From the IMG/VR virus record IMGVR_UViG_3300020383_000006, positions 32,001 through 96,000 of that record: a DNA stretch of 64,000 nucleotides. One strand, given 5' to 3'. This DNA is from a virus. Positions 34,898-45,371 of this stretch are shown piece by piece (position 1 is the stretch's first letter; each line of letters begins with the position of its first letter). Made by a program: the position numbers and the translations under genes. The notes beneath the pieces are model-generated. The model ran no database searches and was not told where the DNA came from. It worked only from the letters and a program-made list of their open reading frames with translations.

Positions 34898-36289
34898 ATG
34901 GACAAATATATTGATGGTGTGAGAGTCATCGTAGCTGAAGAACACCATGATTGTGAACACCTACTTGGTAAATTTTTAGATGAAAGTCATTATGACGTTT
35001 TAATAGACGAAGATTGTGATTTTTACGCGCCACCAGAAAACACTTTATTCGGTGTAGAAGAAACCTCAGAAGAAAAATGTATTTTCAAACTGCGCAAAGG
35101 TTTTTTCAGTATGGAAGAACAACGTGGCGCATATGAAGGGTTACGTGATGCGGCAGTTGCTTCTAACAACCGTGGAATTGCTGCTGGCGACCGTACTGAA
35201 ATGACGGGCAACCGAGTTTTCGTTACTGAACGTCATTTACGTATTTTAGACATGATGATGAATCCTGCTGGTGCTGTTATTGATGATGCCTTTACGGTAG
35301 CTGATGCGGTAGCTGATAAGTCTTGGGGTAATCCTAATTCTAAAAAAGGTGAAGCATGGATTATTCGAGTTGTTGGGGATAACTTTGATTTTGAAAAATG
35401 GGCTGAAGAAACAGTAAAATTATCCCCCAGTGAAATGAATAAGAAAGCACGTGAACTTTCAAAAGGCGTTTCTACTACTACATACGCAAATGAAGTTCAT
35501 TCCGGTATTGCTGGTTGGTTTGACCGTTACCCAAGAATTCCTTTTGGGCGAGCAACTTCTTACACAGCAAACAACCCTGAAAAATTTGCTAAATCTTACC
35601 CTTTTCTACAAAAACTTTCGGATGGATTTTCTAAATTTTTGCCTGAACGTTTCGTTAAACAAAAGAAATGTGCCGACTCATTAGACCCTGCTTTTGTCGT
35701 ACCTGAAACGCCGTTTACTACCCTGACGGTTAATAAAACGTTCCGTACAGCAGCTCACAGGGACGCTGGTGACCTGAAAAAAGGGTTCTCTAACCTTAGC
35801 GTGATCACTAATAAAGAAAAGTGTTACACTGGCGGTTATTTAGTTTTACCTGAGTTCCGTGTAGCTGTAAACATTCGTCCTGGTGACTTATTACTTATTA
35901 ATAACCATGACGGGGTTCATGGTAATACGCCTATTGAAATTGATGATGATGGTGAGCGCGTTTCAGTTGTTTGTTATTTCCGTGAAAATATGTTAGAATT
36001 AGGTTCTAAACCATATGAAGATGCAAGAGCCAAATTTGTTGAACAAAGAAGAAATGATAAAAACCACCCAGAGTGGCGTCCATTGTGGAACGGTATTAGT
36101 CCAGGAATGTTTGAGACTGATGAATGGTACAAATTTCTTTACAACGAAATTGGTGAAGAAGAATTATTAAAATACCATCCAAGGGCAAAAGGTAGCATTG
36201 AAGAATTTGAATCTTGTACTAAAAGAAAGGTACATGGGGATGATGTTTGTAATGGATGTAACAAAATATGTAATGGTCGAGGTGAATAA
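34898..36289 (+). CDS. TET/JBP-family Fe(II)/2-oxoglutarate dioxygenase
   Basis: SGIAGWFDRYPRIPFGRAT, FTTLTVNKTFRTAAHRDAGD (HxD), HGNTPI (H), RVSVVCYFRE (R). Confidence 0.85.
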   Translation: MDKYIDGVRVIVAEEHHDCEHLLGKFLDESHYDVLIDEDCDFYAPPENTLFGVEETSEEKCIFKLRKGFFSMEEQRGAYEGLRDAAVASNNRGIAAGDRTEMTGNRVFVTERHLRILDMMMNPAGAVIDDAFTVADAVADKSWGNPNSKKGEAWIIRVVGDNFDFEKWAEETVKLSPSEMNKKARELSKGVSTTTYANEVHSGIAGWFDRYPRIPFGRATSYTANNPEKFAKSYPFLQKLSDGFSKFLPERFVKQKKCADSLDPAFVVPETPFTTLTVNKTFRTAAHRDAGDLKKGFSNLSVITNKEKCYTGGYLVLPEFRVAVNIRPGDLLLINNHDGVHGNTPIEIDDDGERVSVVCYFRENMLELGSKPYEDARAKFVEQRRNDKNHPEWRPLWNGISPGMFETDEWYKFLYNEIGEEELLKYHPRAKGSIEEFESCTKRKVHGDDVCNGCNKICNGRGE

Positions 36290-37113
36290 TGTTAATTTGT
36301 ATACCAACGTATAAGCGCGAAGAAAACCAAAAATGTTATGAACGTATGCCCGACGAAATTAAACGTCGGGTTTTATTGGCTACTCATTCTGATGAAGTAG
36401 AAAACCTTAAAAAAGCTAACCCAGAAGCAAATGTTGTGGATATTGGAGTCACTGACGGCATCGCTGACGTGAGACAAAGAATACTTAACTACGCAAAATC
36501 ACAAAATGAAGAAAAAGTTTTTATAATGGATGATTCTTGCACATTCAAGAAAAGAGTTAAAATGAAACTTACTGAAATGGGCGCTCAAGATTGGGAAGAA
36601 ATGATTGAAAGGGTTTCAGAAAGGCTAGATGAATACCCTATGGTCGGAATTTCTGACCAAGCCGGAAATAACCGCGTTGAGAAACCGGAATTAGAAAACC
36701 AACGTTCATACAGTTGTTATGGTATCAACGTAGAATTTTTTAAAGAAAACGGCATAAGATTTGATGCTATGTATCAAGAAGATAATGATATCAAGTTTTA
36801 TGAAGATTTTTACGTTATACTGAAATTATTGACTTCAGGGTTTAAGAACTTGGTTATCTATGAATACGCCTTTTCACACGCACACGGCAAAAAGGGCGGT
36901 AACAGTGTATTAAGAAGTAATAATACACATAAAAAATCAATAGATTCTTTGAAAACGTTTTTTCCTAAGTTTGTTGATGTCGTAAAGAAGGAAAACCCAT
37001 CTTGGAAAGCAGGTTTAAATGATGAAGAAAACTTTAGATGGGACGTGAAAATTTCTTGGAAAAAGGCTTTTGAATATGGACAATCTAAAGTAGAAAGCGT
37101 TTCTTTATTTTGA
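36289..37113 (+). CDS. TET-associated GT-A glycosyltransferase
   Basis: ICIPTYKR, FIMDD, EDF and KGGNS motifs; coupled to the dioxygenase. Confidence 0.8.
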   Translation: MLICIPTYKREENQKCYERMPDEIKRRVLLATHSDEVENLKKANPEANVVDIGVTDGIADVRQRILNYAKSQNEEKVFIMDDSCTFKKRVKMKLTEMGAQDWEEMIERVSERLDEYPMVGISDQAGNNRVEKPELENQRSYSCYGINVEFFKENGIRFDAMYQEDNDIKFYEDFYVILKLLTSGFKNLVIYEYAFSHAHGKKGGNSVLRSNNTHKKSIDSLKTFFPKFVDVVKKENPSWKAGLNDEENFRWDVKISWKKAFEYGQSKVESVSLF

Positions 37114-37123
37114 GGAAGACTTT

Positions 37124-38173
37124 ATGAAATATGAGAAAAGGTTAGTCGTTGATTTTGATGACACACTATTTTTTACTAAAAACCGTGATTGGGAAAATGC
37201 GGAACCCAATTTAGAATTAATAGAAAAGATTAACGGTCTTTATGAAGAAGGCTGGAGAGTAGATATTTTTACTGCTAGAGGTTCAATATCTTGTGACAGT
37301 AGGGAACAAGCAAAGGAAAAATACCTTAATGGTATGTTGCGGTTGCTTGAAAAATATAACGTTATGTATCATGAAATATCTTTTGAAAAACCTTTGGCCG
37401 CTTATTACATTGATGACAAATCTATCACGCCAGAAGAATTTATTAAGAAAGATTTTAAGCAATTACAAGGCGGTCTATCAGGTAGTGATATTTATACTGA
37501 TGGTGAACAAGTCCATAAAACAGATGATAACAGCCATAATGTTGTTGAATGGTATAACGCCACGAATAATATATTAAATACGCCTGAGATACATAGGGTT
37601 GTTGGTAACACTGTTTCTATGGAGTATATTGAACATAATGAATCTTTTTTTGAATCTAATGTTTATTTTGCGTTAGCGTTAATCCAAGAGTCATTAGATT
37701 CAATGAGAAAATTGAAACCGATAAACAATTTAAGGTTTTCTGATTATAAGAAAAGAATTTTAACTAACCACCTTAAACCAGCTTTAGAAAATGATTCACT
37801 AAGTAAACAACAAAAAAAGGTTTTGTTGATAACATATGAAAATTTATCCCTTATTGACGTAAATCCATCATTTTCCCATGGCGATTTCGGTATAAAAAAT
37901 ATGCTTTTTAACGAAGACAAGAAGCTTTATTTGATAGACCCAATCCCACAAACATTCGGTTCTTTAGAAATAGATGTTGCGAAATTCATAGCTTCTATGT
38001 ACATAAATGAATATAATGAGCAACTAATTAATACCTCATTAAAAACCCTTTGTACATTCAATGGTCTAGAGCTGAGTTTAATTAATAAACTAATCAGTTC
38101 AGAATTAATGAGAGTCGTGAAATACCACCCTGACCCTGAAAAGATCGTGGAGCTTATATCGAATGTTTATTGA
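37124..38173 (+). CDS. HAD phosphatase fused to an APH/choline-kinase-like domain
   Basis: VVDFDDTL, FTAR, KP..YYIDDK; GGLSG, HGDFGIKNML, LIDP. Confidence 0.8.
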   Translation: MKYEKRLVVDFDDTLFFTKNRDWENAEPNLELIEKINGLYEEGWRVDIFTARGSISCDSREQAKEKYLNGMLRLLEKYNVMYHEISFEKPLAAYYIDDKSITPEEFIKKDFKQLQGGLSGSDIYTDGEQVHKTDDNSHNVVEWYNATNNILNTPEIHRVVGNTVSMEYIEHNESFFESNVYFALALIQESLDSMRKLKPINNLRFSDYKKRILTNHLKPALENDSLSKQQKKVLLITYENLSLIDVNPSFSHGDFGIKNMLFNEDKKLYLIDPIPQTFGSLEIDVAKFIASMYINEYNEQLINTSLKTLCTFNGLELSLINKLISSELMRVVKYHPDPEKIVELISNVY

Positions 38174-38627
38174 TAGGAAATCGTTGTCTGAGAAATTAAA
38201 TAAAGAGATGGATGAGGTTAAGATAGGTTTTACTTGTTCCACCTTTGATTTATTTCATGCTGGACACGTTGTTATGTTAGAAGAAGCCAAAACTATGTGT
38301 GATTACCTTATAGTGGGGCTTCTTTCTGACCCGACAATAGATAGACCAGATTCTAAAAATAAACCTATACAAAGTATGTTTGAGCGATATATTCAAGTTT
38401 CTTCTTGTAAATATGTCGACGAAGTTATACCTTTCCAAACTGAACAAGAAATTATCGATATAATTTTAACCATACAACCTGATGTGAGGGTTGTTGGGGA
38501 AGAATATAAAGGTGAAAATTTTACTGGAAACGATTTGTGTTTCGTACATTTTAATAAAAGAAGACACTCTTTTTCTTCAACTGATTTAAGAAAAAGAGTT
38601 TTTGAAAATGAAAATAAAGGTGAATAA
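38163..38627 (+). CDS. TagD-like (glycerol-3-phosphate-type) cytidylyltransferase
   Basis: STFDLFHAGH (HxGH), YVDEVIP, RRHSFSST. Confidence 0.88.
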   Translation: MFIDRKSLSEKLNKEMDEVKIGFTCSTFDLFHAGHVVMLEEAKTMCDYLIVGLLSDPTIDRPDSKNKPIQSMFERYIQVSSCKYVDEVIPFQTEQEIIDIILTIQPDVRVVGEEYKGENFTGNDLCFVHFNKRRHSFSSTDLRKRVFENENKGE

Positions 38628-38631
38628 AACT

Positions 38632-39336
38632 ATGTCATTAGAAATTACATTTCCACTGTATAATTATTTTTTAAAGCAAGTGATTGATTGGAACCATGCA
38701 GCAAATAACCCACCAGCAACAAAAATGGGCGCTAGAAAACTTCAAATTATGCGCCAAGCTGAATATACTCGCTCTGAAGTTCAAGAAACCATGGACGCAG
38801 TATTTGTTCATGATTTAAAAGAAATTGTTGATGGTGTTTGTGACGTTTTCGTTACGGCTGGTTATATGGCACATTTGCAATCACATAAACCCGAAGATGC
38901 TGGATTGATGTCCTTCAAACAAGGGTTTTTACCTAAAACCCAAATGGAACTTATTCCTCAGTTGTTTGCACTAAGGGAAGATTGTAACGTATTTGGTAAC
39001 ATTACTCACGAAAAAGTACAAATGTTACTGTTATCATTGGTCTCAGTTTTTCGAACTACGTTTGACATTGAAAAACCCGTTTCTAAAGTAGAAAGTTTTG
39101 TACAAGAAGTATTGGATTCTAATAATTCTAAGTTTATACCTTTGCAAGAGTATGAGAAATATAAAGTCCTTCATAATGAATACGTTAATAAGAAGTATGA
39201 AGGTAAATTTGAAAACATTGTTCCTGTATACACTAAACTTGGAACCCGTGACGTCGTAGTTTTCCGAGCGGATAATGGCGAAGGTAAAATTCTTAAACCT
39301 TCAACGTTCCGTGAACCGAAATTCGACCTTTCATAA
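38632..39336 (+). CDS. MazG-like NTP pyrophosphohydrolase
   Basis: EVQE..EIVDGVCD, SNNSKF, GKILKP. Confidence 0.75.
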   Translation: MSLEITFPLYNYFLKQVIDWNHAANNPPATKMGARKLQIMRQAEYTRSEVQETMDAVFVHDLKEIVDGVCDVFVTAGYMAHLQSHKPEDAGLMSFKQGFLPKTQMELIPQLFALREDCNVFGNITHEKVQMLLLSLVSVFRTTFDIEKPVSKVESFVQEVLDSNNSKFIPLQEYEKYKVLHNEYVNKKYEGKFENIVPVYTKLGTRDVVVFRADNGEGKILKPSTFREPKFDLS

Positions 39337-39412
39337 ATTCCACTTTAAATAAGAAATGAAACGGGGTATATTATTGCCCCGTTCCTTTTAATTCTATACA
39401 GGGATTACGAAT

Positions 39413-41980
39413 ATGATATATACCTATTACCGCCAGCTTGGTAATAAAATCCTACTTAGATATATTGATGAAGAAGGTGAAACCCATTCCAAAAAAATTG
39501 ATTTTTATAAACCGAAACTATACTTGAGAAGCGAAAAAGAATGTTCCCATCGTTCAATTTATGGGGAACCGTTGCGTGAAGTCGAATTTCCTGACATTAA
39601 TGCGGCAAAACAATTTGCTGAAGAACACAAGTATATTCCTGAAATCGGTTTGAACGGCAATTCAAATTATGCAAACCAATTCATTATTGAAGTTTTTGAT
39701 GGAAAAACGCCTAAGTTTGATATCAATACCTTTAATATCGGTATGTTTGATATCGAGGTTGATGCTGATGAATTTCCTTTACCTGAAGAAGCCAAATATG
39801 TGGTTAATGCTTTCTCACTCTACTCTAGTAAGGAAAACAAGTTCTATGCTAGGGCTATACCTCATAAACCTGAAGATAATTGGTCTAAGGATGCTTCAGA
39901 AGAGGATGAAATCAAAAAATTAGATATTGATTTCAAACTTTGTCAAGATGAAACTGAATTGTTGATGGAATTTTTGACGTTGGTTTCTTCGGGAGATTAC
40001 CATATTATTTCAGGATGGAACTCACAAGGCTTTGACGTTCCTTACTTAGTAAACCGTTGCAGTAAAATCGTCGGTGAAAAAACCACAAGGAAAATGCTTT
40101 CCCCGTTTAATAAAATTGATGAACGTGAAAGTATTGATAACTACGGCAAAAAGAAAGTCAAATATATTTTGAGCGGTTTGCCTCACCTTGATTTCATGGA
40201 TTTATATAAGAAACACGTTTTTACACCAAGGGAATCATATAAACTTGATTTCATTGCTTCCGAAGAATTGGGTGAAAATAAAATTGAATATGAAGATACG
40301 CTTCATGATTTGTATCGTGAAAACTTTCAGAAGTTTGTAGATTACAATATTCAAGATAGTAATCTAATTAAGCGACTAGATGACAAACTCGGATTATTTC
40401 AATTGACGCTTTCTTTGGCTTATATTTCTTTATCTAATTTTGAAGATACAATGGGTACGGTTAAAATTTGGGAACAATTAGTTGCTAAATTTTTGTATCA
40501 AAAAGGGAATAAAGTTCCGTTATTCAGGAAAGAAGCGATAACTGATGAACGTGATTTTGAAGGCGCTTTCGTTAAAGAACCTGTTCCTGGGTTTTATAAT
40601 TGGATAGTGAGCTTTGACTTAAATTCACTTTACCCGCATATCGAACAACAATGGAATATCGGTCCAGAAACGCTAGTTCCTTATGACCAATTACCTAGTG
40701 AATTAAAAGAAATCGTTGATAACTATACGTTCAATGATATTTTAGACATGAAAGTTAACATAAAACCGTTATTAGAAAAACATAATTTAACAATGGCGGC
40801 AAACTTTGAATTTTACAAGATTGATGAAATGTCATTCTTTTCTGAGATTAAACGTGAGTTGTATAGTGAACGTAAAGTACATAAAAAAGCAATGCTTGGT
40901 TATGAACAGAAAAAGGTAGATGCTGAATCAAGTTCAGAACAATTCAAGTATGAATCACTTGAATCTTCAGAAAATTCTATGCAAATGGGATTAAAAATCT
41001 TGCTCAACGGAGGCTACGGAGCCCTTGGCAATACGTCTTTTCTTTACTATAAGGTTGAGAATGCTGAAGCGATTACGTTATCCGGTCAATACGTTAACAA
41101 GTATGTTTCTCAGAAAATTGAAACGTTCTTACAAAAATTATTTTCTTCAGAAAAACGTTATTGGGTTTACTCTGATACGGATTCAGCGTATCTTACTATT
41201 GAAGATTTTGTTAATACGTTAGATGGTTCTAAAGGGGTTGAGTATCTAGTAGAACAAACTGATCGTTTCTGTGAAGATGTTATTTCACCTGAAATTAAAA
41301 AGTTGTGTGATGAAATTTGCGAGTACATGAATTGTTATGAACAACGCATGTTCTGGGAACGTGAAGTTATTTCTAATGTAGCTGTTTGGGTTGCTAAGAA
41401 AAAATATGTAATGTCGGTTCTTGATTCAGAAGGAACGAAATATTACAAAGAGCCCAAAATTAAAATCATGGGTATGGAGTCCGTAAAATCTTCAACCCCA
41501 GGATGGGCTAGGGTGGCTCTTAAAAGTTGCTATAAATCCTGTTTAGGGAAGGATAAGAGTGATTTTTATTCATTGTTGAGTGATATCACTGATTCTTATT
41601 ACAATAAACAACCAAATGAAATTGCTATTCCAACCAAAGTAAACGGATTAGAAAAATACCATGATCCTGAAAAAATATTCGCTAAGGGTGCACAGGCTCA
41701 TGTTAAAGCGGCTCTGTTCCATAATTACGTTTTGGAACAACAAGAATATAAACATATCGGCAAAATTAATAGCGGAGATAGTATTAAATACGTTATACTG
41801 AAAGAACCGAACCCAACTGGATTCCCTGTTATCGGTTTTGATACTTACCTTCCTAAAGAATTTAATGTTGAGGATTATATTGATAAAGACACTATGTTTG
41901 AAAAATCATTTATGTCTGCATTAAGAATATTCCTAAATGCTATTAAATGGGAAGAAGAAGAACAAGTCAGTTTATTTTAA
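39413..41980 (+). CDS. 43: family B DNA polymerase gp43
   Basis: FDIEV, SFDLNSLYP, KILLNGGYG and YSDTDS motifs. Confidence 0.97.
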   Translation: MIYTYYRQLGNKILLRYIDEEGETHSKKIDFYKPKLYLRSEKECSHRSIYGEPLREVEFPDINAAKQFAEEHKYIPEIGLNGNSNYANQFIIEVFDGKTPKFDINTFNIGMFDIEVDADEFPLPEEAKYVVNAFSLYSSKENKFYARAIPHKPEDNWSKDASEEDEIKKLDIDFKLCQDETELLMEFLTLVSSGDYHIISGWNSQGFDVPYLVNRCSKIVGEKTTRKMLSPFNKIDERESIDNYGKKKVKYILSGLPHLDFMDLYKKHVFTPRESYKLDFIASEELGENKIEYEDTLHDLYRENFQKFVDYNIQDSNLIKRLDDKLGLFQLTLSLAYISLSNFEDTMGTVKIWEQLVAKFLYQKGNKVPLFRKEAITDERDFEGAFVKEPVPGFYNWIVSFDLNSLYPHIEQQWNIGPETLVPYDQLPSELKEIVDNYTFNDILDMKVNIKPLLEKHNLTMAANFEFYKIDEMSFFSEIKRELYSERKVHKKAMLGYEQKKVDAESSSEQFKYESLESSENSMQMGLKILLNGGYGALGNTSFLYYKVENAEAITLSGQYVNKYVSQKIETFLQKLFSSEKRYWVYSDTDSAYLTIEDFVNTLDGSKGVEYLVEQTDRFCEDVISPEIKKLCDEICEYMNCYEQRMFWEREVISNVAVWVAKKKYVMSVLDSEGTKYYKEPKIKIMGMESVKSSTPGWARVALKSCYKSCLGKDKSDFYSLLSDITDSYYNKQPNEIAIPTKVNGLEKYHDPEKIFAKGAQAHVKAALFHNYVLEQQEYKHIGKINSGDSIKYVILKEPNPTGFPVIGFDTYLPKEFNVEDYIDKDTMFEKSFMSALRIFLNAIKWEEEEQVSLF

Positions 41981-41998
41981 TAAAAGGTACATTTCTTT

Positions 41999-42544
41999 AT
42001 GTATGAGATATCAGTAAACGTGATGGATCCTAAAAACGTAGAAAACGTCCGGACTTTAGTTCTGGGCGTCCTCTATAAATTACAGGGTCAAGGTCATGAT
42101 ATAGGCAACGAATTCCCTTCCAAAGATAAATATAGGATTAATTTATATTCTGAAAAAGAAGAATCGCTAGAATTAGCGATACAAAAACTTTATGACCATA
42201 AACATTCTCCATTAAGAGGTCACGAAAAAGTTAAAAGTTTTGATTTAGAAATAGAAATATTGGAAGATGACGGTTACTTATTGAACTGTTTGTTTGAAGA
42301 AGAAAAAATTTTTAATCGTCGCTTAACTAATATGCTTTCTACTTCAGCATTTAACCATGAAAAAGATATTCAGGAATTGGAACAAAAAATAAAATCTATC
42401 AATGATTACCTAAGCAATAGCGGTATTATTCATTATAAGAATTTTATGGTACAGTTCATTGAAATGTTGGGTCATAATCAATTATTACCGAACACCGATT
42501 ACGTTAAAGAACGTATGTTTAATAGTAATGAAAACACGCATTAA
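41999..42544 (+). CDS. hypothetical protein
   Basis: ORF track. Confidence 0.6.
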   Translation: MYEISVNVMDPKNVENVRTLVLGVLYKLQGQGHDIGNEFPSKDKYRINLYSEKEESLELAIQKLYDHKHSPLRGHEKVKSFDLEIEILEDDGYLLNCLFEEEKIFNRRLTNMLSTSAFNHEKDIQELEQKIKSINDYLSNSGIIHYKNFMVQFIEMLGHNQLLPNTDYVKERMFNSNENTH

Positions 42545-42555
42545 GGAACTTTAGT

Positions 42556-43515
42556 ATGTCTCTAGCTGAAAAATTTGCTAAAAACTCAAAATTGAAAGGT
42601 AGTGGAACGTTTTCTAAAACATTAGAAAAACCAGTGAAACTATATGACACTGGCGTACCAGCATTAAACCTTGCTTATAGCGGTGACCTATTTGGTGGAA
42701 CTAAATCAGGCGTTACTTGTATAGCAGGTAAATCAAAATCATTTAAAACGTTATTTGGGTTGATTGCTTGTAAAGCGTATATGGATGAACACCCTGACGC
42801 ATATATGTTATTTTATGATTCAGAAGGCGGTGCGTCGAAAGAATACTATGAACAAATTGGTATTGATACCGACCGAGTTATTTATCTACCTATCATGAAT
42901 ATTGAGGAACTAAAATTTGATTTAGTTCCTAAACTTGAAGAAATCAAAAAAGAACATGATGAAGCTAAAAAAGAAGAAGATAAACCAAGGTTCATCGTAT
43001 TCTGTGACTCAATCGGAAACTTAGCATCAATTAAAGAAGTAACTGATGCAATGAATGACAATTCAGCTACTGATATGGGTATCAGAGCTAAAACACTAAA
43101 AGCATTATTCCGTATCATGACACCTTATTTCAAGCGTTGTGAAATACAAATGATTGCTATTATGCACACGTATGATGAAATGGCTGCTATGGGTGCACCA
43201 AAACAAATTATGAGCGGTGGTTGTGTTACTGAAGGAACCCGTATTATGCTTGAAAACGGGGATTTTGTAGAAATACAAAATATCCAAGAAGGTGACATGG
43301 TAATGTCAAAAGAAGGTCCTAGAAAAGTAGACCATATTTGGGATCCTGAAACTCTTGAAGAAGGAAACCCAGAATGCTTGCGTTTAACTTTCGATGATGG
43401 ATATCAAGTAGAATGTTCCGAGAAACATAGATTCTTAGTTAAAAATGAAAACGGTGATGAAGAATGGGTTATGGCTAAGGATTTAACTGAAGGAATGGAC
43501 TTAATTTCTATTTAA
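42556..43515 (+). CDS. uvsX: UvsX recombinase N-extein (222 aa) + split intein N-fragment (97 aa)
   Basis: GKSKSFKT P-loop; ...IMSGG|CVTEGTRI (Cys1 at 43222); block B ECSEKHRF; ends WVMAKDLTEGMDLISI. Confidence 0.93.
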   Translation: MSLAEKFAKNSKLKGSGTFSKTLEKPVKLYDTGVPALNLAYSGDLFGGTKSGVTCIAGKSKSFKTLFGLIACKAYMDEHPDAYMLFYDSEGGASKEYYEQIGIDTDRVIYLPIMNIEELKFDLVPKLEEIKKEHDEAKKEEDKPRFIVFCDSIGNLASIKEVTDAMNDNSATDMGIRAKTLKALFRIMTPYFKRCEIQMIAIMHTYDEMAAMGAPKQIMSGGCVTEGTRIMLENGDFVEIQNIQEGDMVMSKEGPRKVDHIWDPETLEEGNPECLRLTFDDGYQVECSEKHRFLVKNENGDEEWVMAKDLTEGMDLISI

Positions 43516-43522
43516 TTTGAAT

Positions 43523-43583
43523 TTTAAACCTCTAGGATAATAAATACTTTATGCGAAGAGTACAAAAGTCCTAGAGGTTTAAA
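43523..43583 (+). promoter_or_regulatory. RBS-sequestering hairpin with a late-type promoter in its loop
   Basis: 15-bp inverted repeat 43523-43537/43569-43583 covering GAGG and the A of ATG; TAATAAATA at 43538-43546. Confidence 0.7.
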
Positions 43584-44746
43584 TGAATATAGTTTATAAA
43601 ATAACTTTTTTAGATAGAAAAGAAAATAACATATACCCATATATCTATATAGGTTCTAAATCAAATTGTAATTTTGTTGATGGTAAAATTATAGATAGAA
43701 ACGGTAATAGTTATTATGGAAGTTCAACTTGGCCAAATTATTATGAAATAGTAAAAAAGGGTAATCTGAAAATTGAATTATTATTTCATTCAGAAAATTA
43801 TAATGAATGTTTAATGAAAGAAAAAGAATTACATTTAAAAGAAGATGTTGTAGCGAACCCTGAATATTTTAATAAGACAATAGCTTCTATAAGTAATTAC
43901 TCTGACCCTAGTTATGCAACTTATAAACATACATTATATGGTAAAATAGTTAGGTTGCCTAGAAACCATCCGTTAGTCGAAAACGGTACTTATGTTGGGG
44001 TTACAAAAGGGGATACAGTTAAACATTCAGGCAATGGTTCTAGGTTTGGAATGTTTAATTCTTTTTATGGAAAAACGCATAGTGAACAAACTAAACAAAA
44101 ATTAAGAGAACATAATTTAGGCAAAGTTCATTCTGAAGAATCAAGAAGAAAAATGTCTAAATCTAGGAAAGGTAAAAAGAAGACTAAAGAACACAAAGAA
44201 AAGATAGGTAGGAAAGGTATGGTTAATTTTGTTAACGTAAAAACAAAAGAAACCATTAGGGTGTATAGGGAAGAATTTGAGTTGAGGGATGACAAAAAAG
44301 ATTGGTTGACCCAAGCAAAATATAATTCTATCTATAACAAACCTGAAGAAATTATTTGTGAGTATTGTGGAATGAGCTTATCTCCTGGTAATTATTCTCG
44401 GTTTCATGGTAAAAATTGTTCTAAAGTAAAAGTCAGAGAATATAACCCATTCAAAAAATTACTGGAAGGTAAAGGGAAAAACAAAACTATTGAGGAGGTT
44501 CTTTATTTCTTTGATGAGATTGTAAATTTTTTAAAAGAAAATAAAAAGCCTGAAAATATGAGTAGTAAAAGGTATTCATTAGAAGTTTTAATACCTTTTA
44601 CAAAAAATAAATTCGGTGATGTAGAACCCTTTTACGCTGTGATAAAAAGAGTATATAATTCATTTCGAGAAGGGAAAATTGGTGAAGAGACATTTTCATA
44701 TTTCTATAAATGGAAACAAAAGGTAGATTTTAATGCTATTAAGTAA
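43583..44746 (+). mobile_element. free-standing GIY-YIG homing endonuclease with NUMOD3 repeats
   Basis: IVYKIT...YIGSK; FYGKTHSEQTKQKL; GKVHSEESRRKMS; CEYCG..RFHGKNC. Confidence 0.88.
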
Positions 44747-45293
44747 AATTGAAAAAATTGGTAAGCGTCCTGTTTTCGACATATCCGTTAATGGTTCACA
44801 AAATTATGTTTTAGAGAACGGGGTTATAAGTCATAATACCGGACCACTATATTCCTCAGACCAAGTTTTCATCGTTCGCAAGCGCCAAATCAAAGAAGGC
44901 AAAGAAATTATTGGTTGGGAATTTATTCTTGATATTGAAAAATCAAGAACGATTCGCGAAAAATCATCAATCCCATTTGAAGTGAAATACGGGGAAGGAT
45001 TAAATCGTTTTTCTGCTCTACTTGACTTAGCTATTGCTTCGGGTCACGTGATTAAACCTAAGATGGGTTGGTATTCTCGTGCTAACGTAGAAGATGATAA
45101 AAATTGGCGTAGAAAAGAAACTTCTTCAGATGAATTTTGGGATCCTATTCTTAATGACCAAACGTTTGTCGATGCCGTTAAAAATATGTATCGTTTGGAT
45201 GGTGGCGACCCAATTCTACAAAAGAAACTTGATAATTTAGTTCAAGATGAAGATTTTGACCCTGAAACAGGTGAAATCTTCGATAAAGAATAA
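44733..45293 (+). CDS. uvsX: split intein C-fragment (35 aa) + UvsX C-extein (151 aa)
   Basis: PVFDISV..NYVLENGVISHN|TGPLYSSD; C-extein continues the UvsX sequence. Confidence 0.93.
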   Translation: MLLSKIEKIGKRPVFDISVNGSQNYVLENGVISHNTGPLYSSDQVFIVRKRQIKEGKEIIGWEFILDIEKSRTIREKSSIPFEVKYGEGLNRFSALLDLAIASGHVIKPKMGWYSRANVEDDKNWRRKETSSDEFWDPILNDQTFVDAVKNMYRLDGGDPILQKKLDNLVQDEDFDPETGEIFDKE

Positions 45294-45371
45294 ATAAATC
45301 ACTTTTAATGAAATGGGCGGTAGGTTAAACTATCGCCCTCTAACTATAATAATGAGCGCGAAGGATGATTA

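Noticed and set aside
43516-44732. Group I intron interrupting uvsX
   Set aside because: Only 67 nt are non-coding and they form one hairpin. Intein motifs with their own stop and start codons explain the split
22480-45340. Short G-rich intergenic hairpins after stop codons (about 22480, 32875, 39360 and 45315) as a repeat family
   Set aside because: They share only a general shape, mostly lack U-tracts and have no common sequence; probably ordinary mRNA stability or processing hairpins
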